DNA from: Polyangiaceae bacterium
GTDB lineage: Bacteria; Myxococcota_A; Polyangia; Polyangiales; Polyangiaceae
Direction of reading: 5' to 3'
Length of the DNA stretch: 21,592 nucleotides
Assembly (NCBI GenBank): GCA_044222475.1
Contig: JBGANF010000134.1
Span: 1-21,592, forward strand
Shown: piece by piece, positions 16,397 to 21,592 of the stretch
How the letters are laid out: each line of letters opens with the position of its first letter
Numbering within the stretch: the stretch's first letter is position 1
Notes under the pieces: model-generated
Databases searched by the model: none
Told to the model about the DNA's origin: nothing
The model's input: the letters and a program-made list of their open reading frames with translations, nothing else
Made by a program: the position numbers and the translations under genes

Positions 16397-18010
16397 CTAT
16401 TGGCACTTCTTGCCGCAGAGCTTCTCGACGTTGGCGAAGCAGGAGAGGCCCCAGAACGTGTCGCAGCAGTACGGGTCCTGCGCGCAGACCGCCATCGTGC
16501 ACGAGTCGCACTGCTGGCCGAGTTTGTCGCCGGCGGTGCAGACGTCGTGGGTGCAGGTTCCCGGGATGATGGGCGGCTTGCCGCCGTCCGCGACCGGCGT
16601 TTCATCGGCGAAGCAGCTCGCCGGCATCGCCTTCGGCTGCGGCGGGAGGTTGTAGTTCTTCGCCGGGGTGCAGGTCGTCTGCGAGCCGCCGGGCAGCGTG
16701 AAGGTGCGGTCCCACTGGCCGAGCTCGTTCACGTCGAAGAGGGTGCACTCCTTCTGCCACTTGAAGAGGCCGAGGAGGTTCACCTTCGCGAGCACCTTGG
16801 CGTTCGCGCCGGCCTCCGCGTCGCCGTGGAGCAGCGCGAGGCTGTTGCCGTTCGCGTCCTTGCCGCCGCAGGTGAGCTCGCCGCCGAAGCCGGCGTACGC
16901 TTGCGCGGTCACCTCGCCCATGGCGAGGCCGAAGAAGTTCAGCGTGAACTTCGGGGTGATCGTGCAACGCGCGCGGACGGCGCCGTCGAGTACGAAGTCC
17001 GGGCCGAGGCGGGTGAAGCTCGCGGTCTTGTCGAAGACGCCGGTGAACTTGCTGCCGTCGTACTTCAGGCCGGCGGTGATCGCGGCGGAGGCCTTGGCGC
17101 CGGTCTTCACCTCGACGCCGCCGCCCCACGCGAACTCGCAGGCGAGGTCGGCAGTGAACTGCGCGCTCGCGGGCAGGCTGATCGGCCCGGCCTTGATGCT
17201 GCCGAGGTTGATCTTGTAGTCGGCGACGCGCGTCGTCTGGCTCTTCAGGAGCTGCTGCGCGATGAGCAGCGTGAACGACTGCGAGTCGAGGTTGGTCGTG
17301 AGCTTCACGCCGGCGTCGACGAGGAGCTCGGCGTCGAGCTGACCCTTCGCGATCGCGTGAGCCTCTTTGACCTTGAGGAAGCCGAGCTTGATGCCGACGT
17401 CGTAGCTCGGAGAGAAGGTCAGCGTTCCCTTCGTGACGGTCGCGAACGCGTTGAAGCCGACCGTCTTCTGGTTCGGCAGCGTGACGTTGCCGGTGTAGTC
17501 CAGGAGCTTCACGCCGGTGTAGTCGAGGACCTTGATCGTGGTCCCGCCGCTCTTCATCGAGCCGAGGTCTTGGCTCTCGGTCGCGGGGCCGTCCACGTTG
17601 AGCGCGGGCACCTGAAGCGTCGCTTGCACGTCGAGGTCGTCGACCGCTTCTTGGAGCTGCGCGTCGGTGGTCGTGATCACGAGATCGGTCGCCGTCTGCT
17701 TCGCCGAGACGACCTTGCGGAGGAAGCCGTCGGGGTTCGTTCCGCTCGTCCCCGGGAGCTGGCGATCGGAGACGAGGATCGCACCCTTCCCGGGCATGCC
17801 GAGGGTCGCGACCGCGGACGCGGGGAACACGACCTGATCGGCGCTGACCTTCGCGACGTTGGCGAGGTCTTGCGACACGACGACGGTACCTTTGTGGAGC
17901 GACGCGGTGCCTTCGGGCGGGGTCGGCACCTCGTCCGGCGCGCTCGAGCACGCGGCGGCGATCATCGGGAGAGCGGCGAGGGCGAGGACGGCGACGAGGG
18001 ATTTCTTCAT
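16397..18010 (-). CDS. Lipoprotein, 537 aa, beta-rich core and C-terminal Cys-rich domain
   Basis: Lipobox LPMIAAA-C; 'GFLRKVVS...VITTTDAQLQEAV'; long beta-strand-rich core; C-terminal CTHDVC..CDSC...VCAQDPYCC...W...C...C...C. GAGGG SD; starts 10 nt after the pilin stop. Confidence 0.85.
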   Translation of the reverse strand: MKKSLVAVLALAALPMIAAACSSAPDEVPTPPEGTASLHKGTVVVSQDLANVAKVSADQVVFPASAVATLGMPGKGAILVSDRQLPGTSGTNPDGFLRKVVSAKQTATDLVITTTDAQLQEAVDDLDVQATLQVPALNVDGPATESQDLGSMKSGGTTIKVLDYTGVKLLDYTGNVTLPNQKTVGFNAFATVTKGTLTFSPSYDVGIKLGFLKVKEAHAIAKGQLDAELLVDAGVKLTTNLDSQSFTLLIAQQLLKSQTTRVADYKINLGSIKAGPISLPASAQFTADLACEFAWGGGVEVKTGAKASAAITAGLKYDGSKFTGVFDKTASFTRLGPDFVLDGAVRARCTITPKFTLNFFGLAMGEVTAQAYAGFGGELTCGGKDANGNSLALLHGDAEAGANAKVLAKVNLLGLFKWQKECTLFDVNELGQWDRTFTLPGGSQTTCTPAKNYNLPPQPKAMPASCFADETPVADGGKPPIIPGTCTHDVCTAGDKLGQQCDSCTMAVCAQDPYCCDTFWGLSCFANVEKLCGKKCQ

Positions 18011-18020
18011 GGTCGGGCCC

Positions 18021-18206
18021 TCAGTTGAACGCCACTGCGGTTTTGTCGCCGGCGAGCCGAACCTTCTTGCCGACCTCTTTGTAGATGGCGGCCGCGAGCA
18101 CGAGGATCAGGAAGAGGAGGATGGCGTACTCGACCATCGTCGCGCCTCGCGAGTCGGCGAGGAGCTTGGCGGAACGGGCCTTCAGCTGCAGGCGGGAGGA
18201 CGACAT
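18021..18206 (-). CDS. flp: Flp/Fap (Tad, type IVc) pilin, ~61 aa
   Basis: Prepilin motif SRG|ATMVEYAILLFLILVLAAAI with E at +5 and Y at +6, then a short amphipathic tail. Likely start ATG 18206. Confidence 0.88.
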   Translation of the reverse strand: MSSSRLQLKARSAKLLADSRGATMVEYAILLFLILVLAAAIYKEVGKKVRLAGDKTAVAFN

Positions 18207-18218
18207 GTCGTACCTATG

Positions 18219-18234
18219 TGCACCCTTCGTGCCG
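18219..18234 (-). promoter_or_regulatory. Putative sigma54 -24/-12 promoter of the flp pilin gene
   Basis: - strand CGGCACGAAGGGTGCA has GG-N10-GC spacing and is close to consensus TGGCACG-N4-TTGCW. Confidence 0.6.
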
Positions 18235-18263
18235 ACCGCCCGGTTGTCCTTTAACATCATGAA

Positions 18264-18276
18264 ATACAAGGAATTA
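18264..18276 (+). promoter_or_regulatory. Putative IHF-type binding site
   Basis: ATACAAggaaTTA approximates WATCAA-N4-TTR, inside an AT-rich patch ~30 bp upstream of the sigma54 box. Confidence 0.4.
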
Positions 18277-18378
18277 TTTCCCTCTGGGCAGGGCTACCGA
18301 TGAGGAGAACGGATCCTGGAGTCCCCAGCACCGCGATCCATGGCGGGGGATTGTTAGCCGGCGATCGCTTCTCGGGAC

Positions 18379-19896
18379 CTAGTCCCCGCCCTGGCCGCTG
18401 TGGATCGCGCCGAGGGTGCCCGTCGCGGCCGCGACCACCAGCCCCACGCCGAACGCGACGAGGAGGATCACGATCGCGGCGCGCGCGACGAGCTCGGTCC
18501 GGAGGATCTTTCGGGGCTGCTCGCCGGGAGCGGTCGAGTAGAGCAGCAGCGACTCCTTTCCGGTGTTCTCGATCTCCGCCATGCCGTCGCGCACCTTCAC
18601 TCGCCCGGCGACGAGCACGCGCCCGCCTACCGGCATCAGCGCGGCTTCGCGCGTCGCCTTCTTGTGCTCGCGCGTGACCCGCCGACCATCGATGCGCCAC
18701 CTCACCGTGGTCCCCCATTCGGCCTTCGTCGCATCGACTTGAACCGTGGCCTTGCCGTCGGCGTCGAGCACGAACGGGCCCGCGTCGGAGTTCCACGCCT
18801 GCGGGTTTCCTCCGGAGCCCTCCTCGAAGGTCTCCTCGAAGAGCGAGAACGCCGCCGCCTTCGCTTCGTAGCGCTTCGAGCCGGTCGCGATCGTCCCTTC
18901 GGTCGCGCCCCACTTGTTGTGCTCCCACGGAAGCGCGTGCGGCGGCGCGTCGAGGAGCGCTTGAGCGATCCGGGTGTCGCGGTACGTGATCACGAAGAGG
19001 TAACCCGCCATCAGGAGCAGGCTCGCGCCGGCTCCGATGGCGACGATCGGCGCGTGGTTGAACGGACCCTCCTCGTCGCCGCTCATGTCGATGAACGGGA
19101 ACATCGCTGCCGTGCAAGCGAAGACGAGACCGACCGCACCGAAGCCGATGCGGTGCTTCTCGAGCGGCGTACCGGTCGGGTTCTGCCGATCGAAGTGGAG
19201 CCGCTTGGTCCCGAGGAACACGCTCGGCAAGACCGAGCCGAGGAGCAACAGCGTGATCGCATGGACGTCCCACCGCGCGGCGGGCTTCAGGAACGGAAGC
19301 GAGAGGGCACCCACGCCGGCGGTCGCGAGCAGAATCCAATCCATCACGCTGACCCTGCGGAGAGGCAGGCGCGGAGTCTCCTTCGGTCGGCGCCGCTCCT
19401 CTTCTTTGGCCTCGAGCTCGGCGACGTGGCGAGCGCCCTCCTCGCCCTTCCCGCACGCGAGGAGCTCGATCGAGGCGATCTCGTGCGTGGCGCCGGCCCG
19501 GAACGACGCGGAGCCCATCGCGTACGAGGTGCGTCCCCACAGATCGACTTCGTCCCCGTCGCGGAGGGAGAACGACCGCAAGAGCACCTTCACGTGAGGT
19601 GCTGGCGCGTCTTCCCGGAACGGCGCGGCGTCCTCGTCGTCCTCCAGGTCTTCCCACCGATCCTTGCGCTCGACGAGGGGCACGGTCTCGACCGGCGCGG
19701 TGAACGTGACTGCGATTCGCTTCCCGTCGATGGTCTCGAGATCGAAGCCGCGCTGGAGCTGCGGTGTCTTGCGTGGAGCGTCGTCGCCAATCTCGAGCAC
19801 CGCGGTCCGGAGGACGATCGGCCCGCCGTCGCGCGCGCGCACGACGCCGTGCAGCCTCGCGAGCTTCCCGCGCTGAGCCTTGTCCTTCCGGCCCAC
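18379..19896 (-). CDS. Membrane protein, 505 aa, two GIDE-like soluble domains and 5 predicted TM helices (paralog B)
   Basis: GTG start 2 nt after the paralog A stop. Four central hydrophobic helices plus a C-terminal one. 'GPFVLDADG...VQVD...[16 protein letters not shown]' resembles GIDE-type domains. Confidence 0.8.
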   Translation of the reverse strand: MGRKDKAQRGKLARLHGVVRARDGGPIVLRTAVLEIGDDAPRKTPQLQRGFDLETIDGKRIAVTFTAPVETVPLVERKDRWEDLEDDEDAAPFREDAPAPHVKVLLRSFSLRDGDEVDLWGRTSYAMGSASFRAGATHEIASIELLACGKGEEGARHVAELEAKEEERRRPKETPRLPLRRVSVMDWILLATAGVGALSLPFLKPAARWDVHAITLLLLGSVLPSVFLGTKRLHFDRQNPTGTPLEKHRIGFGAVGLVFACTAAMFPFIDMSGDEEGPFNHAPIVAIGAGASLLLMAGYLFVITYRDTRIAQALLDAPPHALPWEHNKWGATEGTIATGSKRYEAKAAAFSLFEETFEEGSGGNPQAWNSDAGPFVLDADGKATVQVDATKAEWGTTVRWRIDGRRVTREHKKATREAALMPVGGRVLVAGRVKVRDGMAEIENTGKESLLLYSTAPGEQPRKILRTELVARAAIVILLVAFGVGLVVAAATGTLGAIHSGQGGD

Positions 19897-19898
19897 GG

Positions 19899-21410
19899 TC
19901 AGTCACCCCCCGAGCCGCCGTGGATCGCCCCGAAGACGCCCGTCGCCACGATCGCGAGCTCGGTCAGGCCGAGCAGCAGGATGACCCCGATGATCGCAGC
20001 TCGGGTCACCAGCTGTCCTCGAAGCACGGCGCGCGGGCTCTCGCCCTGGGTCGTGTAGAGGAGGAGCGTCTCGTTCCCGGTGCTCACGAGCTCGGCCATG
20101 CCGTCCCTGACCTTGATGCGCCCGACGACCAACACGCGCCCTCCGACCGGCATCAGCGCGACCTCGCGCAGCTCCTTCCGGTGCTCCTTCGTGACGGGCG
20201 GCCCGTCTTTTCGCCAGCGGACCGTCGTCCCCCAGTCGGCCTTCGTCGCTTGCACACGCACGGTGGCGGTGCCGTCGGCGTCGAGGACGAAGGGACCCGC
20301 CTCGGTCGACCACACGTGGCCGTTGCCGCCCGAGCCATCGCTCCACGTCTCGTCGAAGAGCGAAAACGCGGCGGCCTCGATCTCGTGCTTCTTCGATCCG
20401 GTCGCGATGGATCCTTCGGTGGCGCCCCACTTGTTGTGCTCCCACGGGATGGGCTGCATCGGCGCGGCGAGCATGGCGCGCGCGATTCGCGCCTCGCGGC
20501 GGGTCGCCCACGCGAAGTAGAACGCCAGCGCGATCGCGCAGACACCCGATGCCGTGACGACGATCGGCGCGTGGTTGAAGGGACCCTCGTCGTCTCCGGA
20601 GAGATCGATGGCGGCGAACGATCCGAACAAGGCCACGAACACGAGGGCGATGCCCACGATCACGCCGCGTCGGTCCTCGAACGAGGGATCCTTTGCGTCC
20701 TCTCTGTGGAAGCGGAACCGCTTCGAGAAGAGGAAGAGGCTGGGCGGGACGCACCCGGCCACGAGCGCGATGATGCCGTAGACGTCGTTGCGGGCGGCGG
20801 CTCGCCCGAGGAACGGCAGCGCGAGCGCCCCGACGGCCACGACTCCCAGGAGCGTCGTCTCGAGCTTCCCGACGCGCGCGAGCGGGAGGCGCTTCTGCCC
20901 CGGCGGACGCTGCCGTTCGGCCTCCTGCTTCTCGAGCTCGTCGATCTTCGCGGCGCCCTCCTCGCCGGTGCCGCAAGCGACGACCTCGATCGAGACGATC
21001 TCGTGCTCGGCTTGGTCGCGGAACGACGCCGACCCCATCGCGCGCGCGGCGTGTCCCCAGAGGTGGACGACGTCTCCGTCACGCAGGACGAAGGTGCGCA
21101 GTCGCACCTTCACGTGGGGTGCGGGTGCGTCCTCGCGAAACGGTGCCGCCTCTTCGTCGGCCTCGATGTCCTCCCACTGCGCTTTCCGCTCGACGAGCGG
21201 AGCCGCCTCGACGTCGACCGGGAGGCTCACCGCGATGCGGTTGCCAGCGTCGGTCTCGAGGTCGAAGCCGAGGCGGATCTGCGGCGCGAAGCGCGTCGCG
21301 CCGTCGACCTCGAGCTCGGCGAGGCGCAGCACCACCGGATCCCCGCGACCGTGCGCGCGGACGATGCCCGTGAGCTTCGCGAGCGGCTCGCGACGATCTC
21401 CCTTTCCCAT
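19899..21410 (-). CDS. Membrane protein, ~503 aa, paralog A of 18379-19896
   Basis: Collinear with the downstream gene (shared [50 protein letters not shown]). Start ATG 21410 chosen by alignment of the N-termini. Confidence 0.8.
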   Translation of the reverse strand: MGKGDRREPLAKLTGIVRAHGRGDPVVLRLAELEVDGATRFAPQIRLGFDLETDAGNRIAVSLPVDVEAAPLVERKAQWEDIEADEEAAPFREDAPAPHVKVRLRTFVLRDGDVVHLWGHAARAMGSASFRDQAEHEIVSIEVVACGTGEEGAAKIDELEKQEAERQRPPGQKRLPLARVGKLETTLLGVVAVGALALPFLGRAAARNDVYGIIALVAGCVPPSLFLFSKRFRFHREDAKDPSFEDRRGVIVGIALVFVALFGSFAAIDLSGDDEGPFNHAPIVVTASGVCAIALAFYFAWATRREARIARAMLAAPMQPIPWEHNKWGATEGSIATGSKKHEIEAAAFSLFDETWSDGSGGNGHVWSTEAGPFVLDADGTATVRVQATKADWGTTVRWRKDGPPVTKEHRKELREVALMPVGGRVLVVGRIKVRDGMAELVSTGNETLLLYTTQGESPRAVLRGQLVTRAAIIGVILLLGLTELAIVATGVFGAIHGGSGGD

Positions 21411-21488
21411 TCGCCCCCCATCCAATCACGACTCGGCGGTCTCCGGCCCGTCTTCCGATCCGCGCAGCGCCGTGGTACCCACGGTTCC

Positions 21489-21592
21489 GTGAAAATCCAC
21501 GAGTACCAGGGCAAGCAGATCTTCGCGAAGTACGGCGTGCCGATCCCGAAAGGGTACCCGGCCTTCACGGTCGAAGAGGCCGAGGCCGCCGC
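21489..21592 (+). CDS. sucC: Succinyl-CoA synthetase beta subunit, 5' partial
   Basis: GTG start, translates to [34 protein letters not shown], the canonical SucC N-terminus. Not in the ORF track because it is truncated by the window end. Confidence 0.92.
   Translation, partial: MKIHEYQGKQIFAKYGVPIPKGYPAFTVEEAEAA

Overview
GC-rich bacterial window, most likely from a myxobacterium of the Polyangiales/Sorangiineae type (inferred from gene content: Uma2 nuclease, Cys-rich secreted repeats, DUF6209-like and AgmX/PglI-C-like lipoproteins, Flp pilin). The housekeeping backbone is lolA, ruvC, yebC, a terB-like gene, icd, mdh and the start of sucC. Accessory content: (i) two translationally coupled, ~1250-aa exported DUF3857/transglutaminase-fold paralogs, one with an intact Cys-His-Asp triad and one a lipoprotein lacking the catalytic Cys; (ii) a ~6.9-kb minus-strand block between mdh and sucC with two tandem GIDE-like membrane paralogs, an orphan Flp pilin (sigma54-type promoter) followed by a 537-aa lipoprotein, and two more lipoproteins; (iii) a secreted protein with six 4-Cys repeats; (iv) three unrelated intergenic palindromic elements, one with perfect 33-bp terminal inverted repeats; (v) several genes that look leaderless, with a TGnTA extended -10-like box 7-8 nt before the start codon. 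All family calls are by motif recognition; no database search was run.
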